Of a stretch of 64,000 nucleotides of DNA, positions 41,538-55,255 are shown piece by piece; position 1 is the stretch's first letter; each line of letters begins with the position of its first letter. The notes beneath the pieces are model-generated. The model was not told where the DNA came from and made no database searches. It worked only from the letters and a program-made list of their open reading frames with translations. The DNA is from Balanoglossus misakiensis. Lineage: Eukaryota; Animalia; Hemichordata. The DNA lies in assembly GCA_040954595.2 (NCBI GenBank), contig CM082592.2, positions 3,984,735 to 4,048,734 on the forward strand, in the 5' to 3' direction. Made by a program: the position numbers and the translations under genes.

Positions 41538-42390
41538 GTATGATTTTCCCCCTTTTTTTTTCTTTTGTTAAACGGACGAAAGTCAGTATGTGGTTGGTTT
41601 TCAGAGTTCTTTATTCATGTCATATACATGTACATACAGCATATATATAGGCGTAAGTTGCTGTGTAGTTGAAATCTTTGCTTTGCTCCTGGTGTTTTAT
41701 GATCAAAAGTACTTTCACATTAGAGTAAAGCCCTGACATCTGATGAATAGTTGTACCTCGACTTCCTAAAAAAAATTGATGCACAGATACATGTATACAT
41801 GTGCACACAGACACTGGCATATTACACTGCATGAATGAAACAAACTACCGTTTTCACCAAAATGTCTCGAAGACCCTCAGTTGAAAAATGCATATTTTAG
41901 GTGTGTTGCCATAGAAACACTTCGCTCTTGCTTTTAGTCTGTAATGATTGGGAATGCATGCAAGTTGCTTTTTCAGCTCACTGATGCGGTGTGTAATTCC
42001 TAACTCGACATCCGATACTTGGAGGTCTTCTAAACAGGCTTTTAAAATTGAAAGGATAAAGTTACTGAGATTGATTTCAATTGCCATTGTTTGCCCAGAA
42101 CCAGCCATTGTTTTGGGTCCTGTCTGTGTTGTGTTGTTTGAAATTTCATGCATATCGGTTTTGGGAGGTTGCAGAGTTGAGTTAATTTCAGCGTGAAAGG
42201 GTGTATAGCCTGATACCGTAAACAAGAATTGCATGCAGAGCTTAGATTTTCGCACATTTGAAGAAAGTGCTGCAGAGTAAGATGAAGATCCTTTGTGGTA
42301 TGATGGAGCAAGGTCCTTTTTTGGTTGAGAAATAACCCATTCAAATTTCAGCCCAGATCGGATTTAAAGTTTAGGTGCCGCCTTTACTTT

Positions 42391-42505
42391 TGCCATCTGA
42401 TTAAAATCACATGTAGAGTTAGGCGTGTACTCCCGAGAACAGCCAAAGCGATCACCAAAGCTGAAGGCAGCGCCTAACTCTTCATCTGATTTTGATCAGA
42501 TTGCA
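42391..42505. repeat. Inverted repeat / hairpin, probable MITE remnant
   Basis: ATCTGATTAAAATCACATGTAGAGTTAGGCG (42395-42425) pairs with CGCCTAACTCTTCATCTGATTTTGATCAGAT (42471-42501) with 3 mismatches. Confidence 0.6.
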
Positions 42506-43910
42506 TTCAGCCCAATACTGCACTGGTAATTTCTTGTATGGGGTTATAGGTTTGATTCCCAACTGTTTTCCTTTCAAATCACCATGCAAAGTGGAGCGCC
42601 ACCTTTAAGCAATGTTGGTTCTAAAGAAATCTTATGTTTTTTCTCCCCTAAATTCACGAGGACTATCTTTGAATTATAATTGTTATAATTTGTTCACTGG
42701 CGTTTATGTCCTTTGTACGAAACTTTCACTGTTTATCATTCATTCATCATTCACTACAGAAACAGTTAAAGGTTTCAATGAGCAAAACTTAAACAAAGCT
42801 TTTAAGGTAACAAAAGTCAAATTACGGAAGCATTTTTATTTGCACTGCTGTGACAAAGATCTTTTATATAATACTGTGAAGTAAAAGTACATGCACGTGT
42901 AGGTTAAATAGAATTGGTTGTTTTGAGAGAAAGCTTCATACATGCATAAGCCTAAGATATTCTGCGATAGCTGAGTGCTTCAATTGACTTTCATGAAATC
43001 TTGAGAGCCACATAGAAGAGTCATATAGGCGACTTTTTAAATTCGGCAGGTTAATTGAATCACGTAAATTCCGACGACTTAAGACCAATTTAAATGCTAA
43101 ATCTGCCACTGGTTGAGCAGAGAAAGGTCTTAGTTGAACACATGGGGATTTCAAGGTAAACTTTGAAGTGCATATTTGCTTTTGCTGTGTCAGATATCGT
43201 GATTGAAGCATGCAGGTACAAAAATAATCAGTGTCTGACCGCCGAGGGTTCGTGGTGGTTGTTCAGCCTGGATGAAAATTGGTGGAAGTTTTGAAGAGTT
43301 GAAATGTCACTGTGGCAACCTTATCGGCACTTAGTGTAGTGTACAAGCGACTGGAACAGGTATTGGCAAGTCCCTTCCCTTGGCATGATGCCAGTGTCTC
43401 AAGTCTTTTTATAAACAATTTAGCGTCATCATTAAAGTCCCCCCAAGCCAAATGTAAGGCATATATCCTGTCGGGGGTCTCGATCGTTGGAGGGGGCAGC
43501 ATCCAGGAAGAATTAAGGGATTGCGTTCTCATCGATGCAGACTGAGCATATATGCACGTGCGGTCTGTTTCTGGTTCAAGTTGAATGCCAACTGAGGTGA
43601 ATCTGTGACAAAGGGTCGGAAAAGACAACAGAGAATGCGATGTCGTGTGTGAAATGATTTACAGCCGGCGATTGTTGGCTCAGGACTGCCCGGGCACCGT
43701 AAACATTCCATTGTAGTGGATTTTGGACAGTCATTGATAACAAGTGGAGAGGGGGTTTAGGACGTACACCACCAGAGTTGCACCCAAGCTTTTGAAAGGT
43801 GGAGAGAGAGAAAAAAATATTAGCGTGGCTTGTGTTTGCCATCGCGGGCTCTGACAGGTAATCGATAGAGATAGAGATAGCGCGGAAGAAACAAAAAAAA
43901 ACAACAAATC

Positions 43911-44037
43911 ATGGAGCACCGGGGTGACTGCGTCGTCTACGTGGTGGAGTCACTGGCAAGTTCAGGTCCGGAGACAAAGGAGAGTTCAGTGTCGGGATCT
44001 GACATGGCATTTCTGGCCGCGCTGCCGGAGTTTGGCG
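43911..44037 (+). CDS. Candidate alternative first coding exon C (MEHRGDCVVYVVESLASSG...LPEFG)
   Basis: aaatcATGG Kozak context after an A-rich leader with no acceptor. GC-rich coding-like codons, donor G|GTAGGT. Phase 1 matches the acceptor at 49881. Confidence 0.6.
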
Positions 44038-47000
44038 GTAGGTGCACTATACACACCCCTATTGTCCTAGTGTTCATTGTTCTTCGTCATCATTGTTTAC
44101 TTCAGGGACGCTTTCAAAAAAAAGACCCACAGTGCTGGTACCATTGCTATTACTTAATTATACATGTTAGCATCCCAAATGCCACCTTGCCTGTCTGGTG
44201 GAAATGTACAATTTTGATCTAATTTAATTTTAGCAAAGTACCAGTATGTTACATGTCGAAAGTGAATTAATTGCAGACGGTTTTTATCAATAGCTGAACA
44301 CTTTTACTCAAATTAGCTAGGTAGGTTAGTCCTGACATTATTTGATATTTCACTACAGATCTGTAAGTTTTTATCGACTAAGTGCAAGCTGTTAATGAAA
44401 TGAAAATTTGTTCTCACTGCAATACTTTCTGTTACCTTGGGGATTAATGTACACATACAAGCAAAGATTCTTCATTCTGTCGAAGAGTTTACTAAATTTG
44501 TGGGGCAGATTTTAAAAAAGGGACAAAGCTTGGATATTGGCCAAATGAAAACCCACTTAGCATAACATAGCATTTTCTTTTCAAATTCTCCAATACTGAT
44601 TGTATACTCAAAGTGGCGGCGATTTGGCATTGAGAGATAGGAGGATAGCGTGCATGCATGCGGCCATTTTTAAATGCCTTCACCGCGTGGAGAGATTGCG
44701 GTTCCCATGGTTACAGTTCATTGTTTATGTGTTTGATTAGCGCTGGAGTGTGTGTGTCTTGAGGGTAAATACATAGCGGGGTTAGGACAAGGTATACAAC
44801 TCTGTTACAGGCACATTTTTGAGGCTCTTTACAGATGTTCGCGATACCAGTCTGTTTACACAATTGTACTACTGGGTCTTCCATTCATGAATTTTGGTCC
44901 ACTGCCGTGGGGTGTAATCAGCCAGTGCTGTATCTTCTGATCAATAGAAATGGTGCCCTTTAAAAAGACCCTATTCACATTCTGAAATGGAGCTGTGGGT
45001 TGTTTTAAATGACAATCAAGTGTCAACGCCAGAAATGACCGGATTCGGGGAATTTTATTTTACGGGGGCTATGTACGTCACATGGTGGTTGTTGACTTTG
45101 AGATTTTGAGATTTTTGCCAGCATGGTGATGGGGGGATGGCGCGGTTCCCAGCAGAGACAAAGCCGTGAATGAGATGTTTGGAATGTGCTTGAACTTTGC
45201 TTTGTTGGAACTGACCTGACTGTGACTGTCATGTTTTATCAAATTTATGTACAGGTCAGCTTCAGTGGTGATGGTGGGGGGGGGGGGGGGGGGGGGGTTA
45301 CGGGTAATTACCTGGGATGATGAGGTCAAGGGATTGTCATTTATTAGAAAAAGTGATAGGAATTATTGCTCTTGGGATTTTTAAATTTAAATTTCTTTTT
45401 AAGACAGAAATTCGAAAAAGCGAGTTGCCAGTTAGACCATGCATGCATGCAGCTATCTCCTTTCTCTCGACAAAATAATTTTTGGTCAGATTTAGTAGAT
45501 TCAGATCGGAAGACTTTAGTTTTGAACTGCTTTACTTGGTTTAATAAGTTAACTTATTTTGAAAATGTTATGATTTGTATGAAAAAACAGCGGTAGCAAT
45601 CTTCATCCCCCCCCCCCCCCCCCCCCACAAACACACACACCCAGTGAGTTAAACTTTTTTTACAAATTTAAGTGGGAGACTGCTGTCAATTATGTATTAA
45701 AAAAAGGCTATGAAAGATTTGGTTTCACCGCGATGTATCGCAGAGAGTCTAACCCTTGACTTCCTCTGAAAATTATTGATCCATGGAAAACATGTCCTCG
45801 CTAGACTCCTCAACTACAAACACACTTAATTAGAAAAACTCTGCAAACAAATCCGCAGGCTGTAACAAGAAGTAAATACATGTGTAATTGGATTGAGTCT
45901 ACGGTGGCAGATTAAAGTAGGAGTTAGTCAGAATGTCCTTAGGTGATACCAACTTGTATGAAATCATTCACTTAAACCGAGACTTTCAGTAGTTTAAAAA
46001 ATTCATAACCTTGATTGCTCGTAAAGAATTCAGTCATTCCCTCGGGGTGAAACAGTAAATTTAAAAAAGTTTCATATTCAGAAATTCATGCTTTAGGTGC
46101 TGATCTTCTCAGCATGTTCTCGTAATTCTTATAAGCAGAGGTTCAATAAACTCAGTAATTTATCAAGCCTATGAAAGAAGTGCTTACAAATACTGAGATA
46201 TACTTTTTCAGCTAAGATTTCAGCGCGATAACCTCTAAACAGAGTGCAACTATAAAGGCTTTGTAGATAATCTTCCATCTTCATCGACAAAATCAATCTC
46301 CTAAAGTACATAATTTGGTTAAACTTCGGTCTCTGGTTGTTTCCCAACTGTCTGGGTGTTCATGTTTGCATAGCTACCTGGGCGAAGAAAAATGCTGTTT
46401 TTTCAGACAATGCTGCATTGCAAACAGACGTAAAACGTTGGACACCAGTACAATTGTTCACTAGAATTTACAGAACATTGCGGTATCTCGAAGAACGCTG
46501 TCATAAAAAACACCAACAATGACAATTGGCATCTTAATTAGATCAGTTTAAATGGAGGGGAAAAATGCTCTTATTCTTGTCTGCTTTTATGAAGTCTCTT
46601 TTACGAGCGAGGTGGGATGTTCATTGTTTTGATGAGTTTGATTTTTCCAAAGTTCAGGGACTCGGTGACCAATCTAAATACCCGACTGTTTATGACAAGC
46701 TGTCTATATAAATGCTCAGGGGTTTTCTGAGGGGCAGTTACTGTACTAGAGAATAATAGCTATGAAAATGCCATTGTGTGAGCTGTGTGGTAATCTCCCC
46801 AAATCTTAACAAAATAATTCTACTCTGAAGGACATAGGCAGACTCAGCCCATCTTGTTTTCTGTTTCCTTGCATTTTGCTAATTTTTGCAGTTCTCCTGT
46901 TCATGCTCGTGTCTCCGTCAAATACTGAAACACGAATCTCAATCTCAACTTGATACATTGATTAAGATCATAATTGAGGAAAGAGCACTAGAAATTTGAG

Positions 47001-49880
47001 ACACTGACCTAGAAAATATGGAAAGATACATATTTCTGCTGATGGAGTATGCCAAGTTGAAAATCAATACATTGATCGGGTGCAGTGCTATCATATAAAT
47101 AAACCAAATATGGACCAGAAGCATCTTCTATATTAAATATCCGTTAAAATTTTCACTATTAAGCCACTTTTCTTGTATTTGCACCAGTTTGTCGGCTCTT
47201 GGTGAAGTGTATCACGATAGTTGAGTAATTCTTTGTGTGACGGCTGATTGAACGGATGCGGCCCCATCACTTGTTTAAATTGCAACATTCCAGCCACAAG
47301 CAGGCGTCGTAGCTTATTTAATATCTAAGTTGGAAAGTAAAATTATGAAAATCATGGAAAAAATGGCAGCTCTTGGGGCTTTAAAGAATTTTTTTTAAAG
47401 TACTGCTTGTTAGAGGGCCCACTGGAGAGGGTCTACCCTTTTGTATTACACCTACATCTAAAATGACAGAATGTTCTGCTTCACTGAGCAACCTCGTACA
47501 TCAATGTCACGACCATTCTTATTGGTCAAGAAGGTCACACTGGGGGTTGGGCTTTCGTTTGCGATCTTTGCTTTACGTTCACTGCAACTGATATTGTTTG
47601 CAGGTGTACGTTCCACAGTGGAATTCTGAGTTCTCATATCGGCTGAACGTGCACGTATACCATTGTTCGTACCCAACAACAGAAACATGTCATTGTCCAA
47701 TCCTCTCGATTAACCGGATGAGTTTAGACGTATTTAATTCATTATGGAAATGTCAAGCATTTTTGTTCTGGACTTCCGTGCTCATGTTTCTGAAATTCGA
47801 TTCTCGGCAACAAGAAGATTTTGCATTGTATGTCGTATTGTTTTTCTAGACCGGGTATTGATGTACCTGTACATTTCGCAGGGTAGTGGGAAAACGCTTT
47901 AAATGTCATTGACACCCGTACGTGAAATAGGTTCCCTTTGTGTCTGTCAAAACACAGGAAGACAAAAAAAATGTCGTTGAATGCGTATTTTGTCATCGAC
48001 TGTTTGGTGACTTGTCTCGTGAAATTTTGGAATGTTTTTTTTTTTTAATTTTAAGCTATAAAAATTGCAGTGCTTTGCAAATGTTCAGGGAGGGAGGGAA
48101 TTAATGAAGAAGGACTCTAGATGTAGTTTGGTGTTTTGTCCGCTGCGACATACATGAAACTATAGTGTAGTACGGTTTACGTTTCTGAAACCTCAGAGCC
48201 TCGACTGGAATCAATCACCGCCGAATAAACTGTGCGTTTTCAATACCTGACAAGAACAGGCTGCAACCCAGTGACCCTTCCATTGTCCGGATCCCACTCC
48301 CATTTGAGAACAAAGTCAGCACTCGGCGAAACAATGCACAGTGCTCGTATTGTGTGCGAATAGCGGCGAACCCGCGTCAAAAGGGCGCTAGACGTATTAG
48401 ATAAATTTACGAGTTTATCCATCCGGCTTAAATTCCACAGCGTACGTAAGGGGTGTGCGGTGTGTAATTATCTTTATACCGCTAAGTCTAAGATGGAGAC
48501 ATATCTTGAGGTTAAACTTACCAATTTCTAAATGTACAATAGATATTTAGAAAACAGTAGCGAATGTCTCTGTCTGTCAGTCTGCAAAACGTGTCATGTA
48601 AAATGCAAGAAAAGTAACACGGTTACATAAAAGATGTGTGTTTTCATCCATGTCCAGGCAGCCGACTGTGCAATAAATATATTATCACGTATATAGAGTA
48701 AAAGATAATGGGCATTATTCTTGTGAATGGGAATTGCGTGATAGAGTATGGTTGAGATAACCATCTTCAGATAGCAGTTAGCTCAATTGACTGTCCACTT
48801 TGTCTTTCCCATGGCTGTCATTTTCCACCTCATGGGTTTTTATCTTCAGTACTTAATATGAGCAGCATATAATCTTTTATTGGATAATAATGTTGTAGCC
48901 AGGAGCAACATATACGTTTGCCGCTGTAGCCTTTGAAAGCGCATCTGTTGTACAGAGCCAGAAATGAAGCGATCCAATATCTGTGCGTGACGTCTCGCTT
49001 AGTTTACCGTTGCCATGCAGAATAGCCCAGTCAAGCGTAACCATGTAGTCGCGGGGGGATAGCTGTAATTCTAACAGGGCCTGTTCAGCGAAGGGGGGAT
49101 GTTTGGTACAATAGATTGCGGGGCAGTAACCTTACCTGGGAATTGTTCAAGTCACGTTGTAAGGACCCATGTATCAGTTAGCATCTGGGCGCATTGAGTA
49201 CACTCCCCCACTTCCCCCAAGGACTGCTCAATACAAATGATTTGCCGGGTGAACATTGATCGTCGGATGTCTGCGTTGTAAGTCAATATGTCTGCAGGTA
49301 CTCACTGCGTTACCTGTACTTGCAAACACAAGAGCTAGGAGTAACGCGAGGACTGCCCGAAAAACAATGTATGATTACTCCGCACAGAAATTCAATCCCA
49401 ACTACATGTACATTGTATGGTATACCGCACTTTACACTTTGCTGGCATCCATTAATCAAATGGTCAGGTAAAATGCTAGAATTCAAGACAACAAATTCTT
49501 CTCACTGTGCGCAGGGAAATTTAAACAGTTTCCTTTTAGAAGTCAACAATAAAGATCTAGATTTTCTTAACCAGTGGTCTCATAAGGCAATATGATGTAC
49601 AATATCCAATATGGCTTCCATATTTCAATGAAAATTGTCACTGCATTTTAAGGTGGCACTGGCTGTTATTCAAATGATTTTGGTCAAAACTATTTCTGAT
49701 CAAAGATGGGTGTGAAAACCCCAAGAAAGACTGTCTTTCCAAAAAGCTGTGATGAGAAGCTGAACTTTCTTTTGATATGTTTACTGTGACATTAGTGGCC
49801 ACTATATAGAGGTGGCCACTACCACATGTTTGACTGTATTTTTAAAATTAAATTTTCCTCTGTGCTATTTTCATCACCAG

Positions 49881-49979
49881 ATGGCTCCAACTACCAGAGC
49901 GAGAGCGACCTGGACTCTGACAAAATGGAAGAAATTGAACGACAGTTTCAAGCTATCATCCGAAAGAAGAAAGAAACAG
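49881..49979 (+). CDS. Coding exon (GSNYQSESDLDSDKMEEIERQFQAIIRKKKET)
   Basis: CACCAG acceptor, donor CAG|GTAAGG, 99 nt, phase 1-1. Confidence 0.9.
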
Positions 49980-51566
49980 GTAAGGAGGAGAAAAGAGATT
50001 TCATTCAGTTTTGCAGATAAAATGGCAACCTCATTTCACGTAGTAATATCATGCATACATTTTTTCATGATTCTTTTTTTTCTTCATTACTCTGAGCATA
50101 TTTTAGTATCTATAGCAGAAATCTGTTCGTGTTTATGTGTACATGTCCGTCAAAACTAATGAGAATGCCGACTTGGGAGTTTCAATAGTGGGCCCCCTGT
50201 AGACTTAAATGAGAAAGGTTTAGGTTAATTCCGTAAAAATTCAATGTGAAAGGAATGGATCATTCTGTGAAATCTTTGAATGCAGACTAGTTGCTCCACA
50301 AGCAAGTTTCAATGAATATATTAACGGAAAAAAAAAGAATGATTTGTTGTTGTTGTGTGTGGGGTTTTTTTTTTGGGGGGGGGCAAAAGCGTTGTGTGAA
50401 AATCAAATCCATTAGAGTAAAATTGAGTATTGAAAGTTTTTTTGTCAATTGAACAATTTTCTTTAGTTGTATGTAGGTACACAGTTTTGTTGTCGTTCAT
50501 AAAAACCAAAATCTGTACGTCTGTAGTGATTCGTATTTTTTTTTACATATCTGTGACATGATTACTGTAATTATTGTCAGTCAGTCTGTAAAACTATATT
50601 TTTGAGCACTCACAGACATCGGCCTAAAATTTCATCCGACCACAGCTGAATTAATTCCACGCATCTCTTCACTTTCCCCGTTTTGTACAAAAATGCAAAA
50701 TCAATCATTATTATGCAAATAAAGTAAGTTCTCTGCCGGCTGTATCTACTTTGACATTTACAAACACGTAATTTCCAGGGAGTACATTACTGCCGCGAGC
50801 ATAAGCCGATGTGAAATTTCCCCTGCAGTTATTCAATAAAGAGCATTAATATCGAAAAAGAACACCTTCAGTACAATGTTTCGCCTGTTGTAAATATAAA
50901 GCAAAGCTAAGTAAGATTTAAAAACCATTAATTCTGTGTTTGCAGAAATTGTGCTGTCTTTGATATGGTAATTGTAATGGCAGTTGATTTGCATACAGAA
51001 GGAGTTATAATTTCACGATTTGCAAATGATTTGTGCAGCTATATTTTGTAACCCATTACAAACTGTTCAAGTCTTTGCGTGGCTTTCAAATTTCAAGATG
51101 GTGGTGTTGCTTGTCCCTTTAAAGACATGCTCAAAAAAAAAGTGAATTAAGATTTCCTCCCTGACGAATTTGATACACTTAGTGTATACTTCCACTGTTC
51201 AGGGCCACAGGTTGAAAAAAAAATGGCATGAAAGAAAACTAAATAAGTGAAATTTTCTTTTTAATGTCCATTTTAATCCCTCTCTAAGTTGTACTGTGTT
51301 TGAATAAAGACGCTTTACTTTTGAATCAGGCTTTTATGAATATGAAGGTGATTCCATGCATAAATTAAAAAGCCGACCAATTACTGGTGTCTATACTTGT
51401 AGCTAGTAGAGAAACCTGGAAGCAGTTGATAAATAATTGTCAAGATAGAATCAGTTGTAACAAAACAGATCTCTGCTAGGTGATCCCGCCTCCATCCTGT
51501 CTTCAAATCGTACCTTTGAAAATTCATGTCTGATTGTCTCATTTTGTATGGCGCCTCCCGTCTCAG

Positions 51567-51695
51567 AGGGGAGCATCGTCAGCACGAGCGACGTGGACAG
51601 TTTCAAAGTCGCGATTTCCAGTTCGCCGGAGACAACGCCCAGGAGATTCGAAATCAGGAAATTTGTGAACGCTGTCGAGGAGCACAACGAGAAGT
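51567..51695 (+). CDS. Coding exon (GSIVSTSDVDSF...NAVEEHNEK)
   Basis: TCTCAG acceptor, donor T|GTAAGT, 129 nt, phase 1-1. Confidence 0.85.
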
Positions 51696-53267
51696 GTAAG
51701 TTGGATGGCTTCGGCCGCTGTGCCGCGCTGGATTGTACCGTGCCGTGCTGTGCTGTGCTGTTTCGCCGTGGTTTGCGATTTCTCTGCTGTGCTGTGCTGT
51801 CTACTGACCAGAGATTTTGTGCACCCTGTGGTTTTGGTTTTTTCACCTGCTCACATGACTTCATGTGTTCTATCTGTCTCTCTCACTGACTTATTGTAAC
51901 AATATTCACACACGTTGGTTTGATCTGCAGTGTGCATCTCATCTCACAGTATTAACGTTACGCCTGCATTTTTTTCACAAACTCTTATTTTGCCAACTAT
52001 TGCGTGATTATGCTTAAACACCTACAGCAACAGTGTTTTAGTGGAAAGACTGCACATTTTATTTGCAAAACATACAGCCCCCCTCATCTGTGAAGTTGGT
52101 TGAACTAACGCAAGGTTGAACGCGTAGCCATTTTGTGATAATTGAAAAAAGCTCATGAACTAAATTAATTTGTTGCCTAAAGCATCTTACCCTTGGGAGC
52201 CAGGAAAAATAATTATCGTTGAGAATAAAAAGGCTTCCTTAGTTGAACGCCATAACTCGAATTCGTATACCAAATTTCTTTTTACCTGCAAGATTGATAT
52301 GCCATTCGTTGATAACGCTAAAATCATAGAATTACTAGGACTAGCAAACATTTTATTTATACTACAAATAAATTATTTACAATGCAGCATAGTTTTAGTT
52401 TACAAGGTGTAGGTTTTTCCAATTTTTTTTCTGACCGACCTACTCATCTTACTAAGTGATTACGGATAAAAAACATTTGAAAAAATAAGTTTGCCCTGAC
52501 TTTTTTGATGAGCAAAGCCAGATAAATAACTTTTTACCTGAAACGAAAAGATCCAAAATACAATAAAAATATTGCAACTTTTGTATAAAAAAGTCATTTT
52601 AGTACTGATTATTTTACAGTTGCCACACACAAAACACGTTTTTTGATAAATCAATATGAGAGGATTTATATTAGAGACCTCTTTATTAATCAATTTGCAA
52701 TTATCGCAGTCAATTCATGGGTCTTCTCCGCTGAAATAGAAACCATTCACGTGTCGGCTAATGATATGGGTGCATCTGGTAATCTTCAGTGTGAAGTGAA
52801 ACCCTTGGGCTATTGAGTTGCCTCACGTAATCAAGAAGAATTTCAAAGAGAGGATTAAACTGGGAAAACCTTTTACTTGAAGAAGAGCAAGGGTTAGGAC
52901 TGTAACTGCCATGGAGAATGACTCAAAATCGAGCTCTTGTATGTCCGGTGAAGTTGTTTAGCAGAAATTTAGTTCGTAGAGGCTCAGTATGCACATTAAT
53001 TTGTGTTTGTGGACGGCTATGAAAGTATACAGTTAATTGGCATGTAGTACATACATTATTTAGCTGTGGTTTTATCGCATTTTAAACTGCGGTACAATGC
53101 ACTGCAAACGTGTGTGGATTTTGCTTTTTAAGATTTATTACAGCACAACCTTTATTGTGGTTTTACGATTTCTGAATAACGTTTGCATCATTGTTTGATA
53201 ATGCATGGCTGCAATAATATGAGGAATCTTTTTTTAAAATTCTTTCTCTGGTTTATGTTTCTTGCAG

Positions 53268-53408
53268 CTCCAGTCAGTGACGGCAAATCCTCCACCCCTC
53301 CGCCAAAAGTCAAGAGTTCTTCCAAGACGCCAAGTAAGAGAACCTCAGGAAGTCTGCTCCTTCTAGGAAACCGGGCGTCAGCCGGAGTGCCGAGAGACCG
53401 TTTCCAAA
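53268..53408 (+). CDS. Coding exon with two in-frame donors (after 53333 or after 53408)
   Basis: TTTCTTGCAG acceptor. Donors A|GTAAGA and A|GTAAGC lie 75 nt apart, both phase 1. Confidence 0.8.
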
Positions 53409-53611
53409 GTAAGCGCACTGCAGTCCCTCATCTTATAACAACATACCCTAAACTCTTACCATCATCACCTGTGGTGTATCTTTCCCTCCCCTACTTCACC
53501 AGGGTGCTGGGCCATTCCATTACATACTTGGGGAGGGGTTAGGTGTAGAAACCTGACTGCTCTTTTATCATTTTCTCTTTTGATGTCATTTCGCTGTATG
53601 AGCGTAGTATG

Positions 53612-53770
53612 GTTGTATGATGTGATATGGTGTTGTGTTTTGTGTCATGATTATACGCACTGTTTAGAGATGTGATGTGATGTGACATGATGTCCTGTGA
53701 TGTGATGTCGAATGTGATGTGTTGTGTTGTGTTGTGTTGTACAAGTAATGTGATATGTGATGTTGTCCAT
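53612..53770. repeat. Degenerate (TGATG)n/(TGTTG)n pentamer repeat
   Basis: Runs of GATGT and GTTGT units. Confidence 0.7.
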
Positions 53771-55161
53771 GTACCATCATTGTATGCTGCTTTGTGATGT
53801 ACTGTTGCAGTGTTTATTTGTACTGATGTACTGTTAGTGTGTATACCGTATGGTATAATACATCTATGCGATGTTGCATGCCAACTTGTCAATGGCAAAA
53901 GTTGCCTGGCACTTTTTGGAAAGAAAATTGCAAGATAACAGCTGGTCAGAGGACGGAAATCTCCAAGAAGACATGCAGTCAGTGCCTGTGTAGGACCTCC
54001 CTGCAGATGTCCAGCTCTTGCATTCAGCTGACCCATTGTCCAAAAAAACCCAAATAACACCAAAGGATTGATTGTGAGTAGTTCCTGTCATACACCATAC
54101 TTCATTTGTAAAACACTCCTGAATTGATGTACACATAAAGAAATTGAAAATGTACAGAATTACAACATTTTGAAGAACTACACGTACAGGTTAAAGTTAG
54201 GATTGCACATGACATAAACTTTGTGGGGCGAAAGTTGAGCAAAGACAAAGTGTTCTGCTACCGTAATTACATGAATATTATTAATTTAACGGACTATAAA
54301 TTAAGTGCGATAGAAAATCATTTGCATCAGGTTAGTTTTCCATTGAAATAAAAGAGCCAATGGCTCATCTTGCAGTGTTGGGAAATAAGATTTCACTTCA
54401 GTGAAATTGTTTTTGCATATACCAGCGTTGTAAACTTTCTACTCAACTTTACCTATTGTCCATTCCAATCTTGTTTCGTGAATGTTGACAGGCGCCCTCT
54501 AGAGTCAGGGTGTTGATATTTGGTTCTTCAAGGCACCGACTTGGGCAATAATTTTAGTGTTTCTATATCGTCAACATGTCTGCAAAATGATTGGCTGGTC
54601 AAAAAAATTAAAAGGAAGAAACATAAACAACAGTTTTGTACTTAAAATAAAATTAATAGTTTACACTCACATTAAAAATTTAATTCTTGCTTGTAAACCC
54701 TTTGAAGTACATGTAGCAATGTCATCGACATGATGTCAGGTTGTCTTATCAAAGTTGACCATAGAGGGCATCAGTTGGCTGAGAAATCGTAGTTGGGTGG
54801 AAATAAAAATATATGTCCATTTTAAAAATGAAATTGGGGTAGGTTAAGGAAAGGTAAAGGAAATTCTGCCAATTTGAAGTGATTCTATATCAATGAAGAA
54901 GACCATTATTTTTGATGATGTATGCATGTTTATCCTCAGGGAATTTCTTGTCGCAATTGAAGCTCTCTACTAGTAACAACATTTCAATGATATAGCCTGC
55001 CAGCAAGTAACACTATAGGCTGAGGTTTACATATTTTATATCATCATCGTTTTCCCCTGAAGTGTGTAAGCGTTCCACGACAACACAGTGACTAGAGTTA
55101 CATATCGTGATTCTTTTTTGATGCCTGTATTATTAAAAGGCCACTCTGCTCTGACTTCTCT

Positions 55162-55255
55162 TTAATCCTTTCACCCCCGTTTCCCGGTGTAGAGGTCCGA
55201 CAGTGTCATTGAGAGCAAAGGAGTTGGATCAAACCATGGACGGTGAAAGGGTAAA
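55162..55255. mobile_element. MITE family B copy (reverse orientation)
   Basis: TTAATCCTTTCACCCCC...AGAGGTCC...GGTGAAAGGGTAAA. Confidence 0.75.

Noticed and set aside
49256-49475. Several ATG/donor combinations upstream of exon 49881
   Set aside because: Weak donors, wrong phase or non-coding-like composition.
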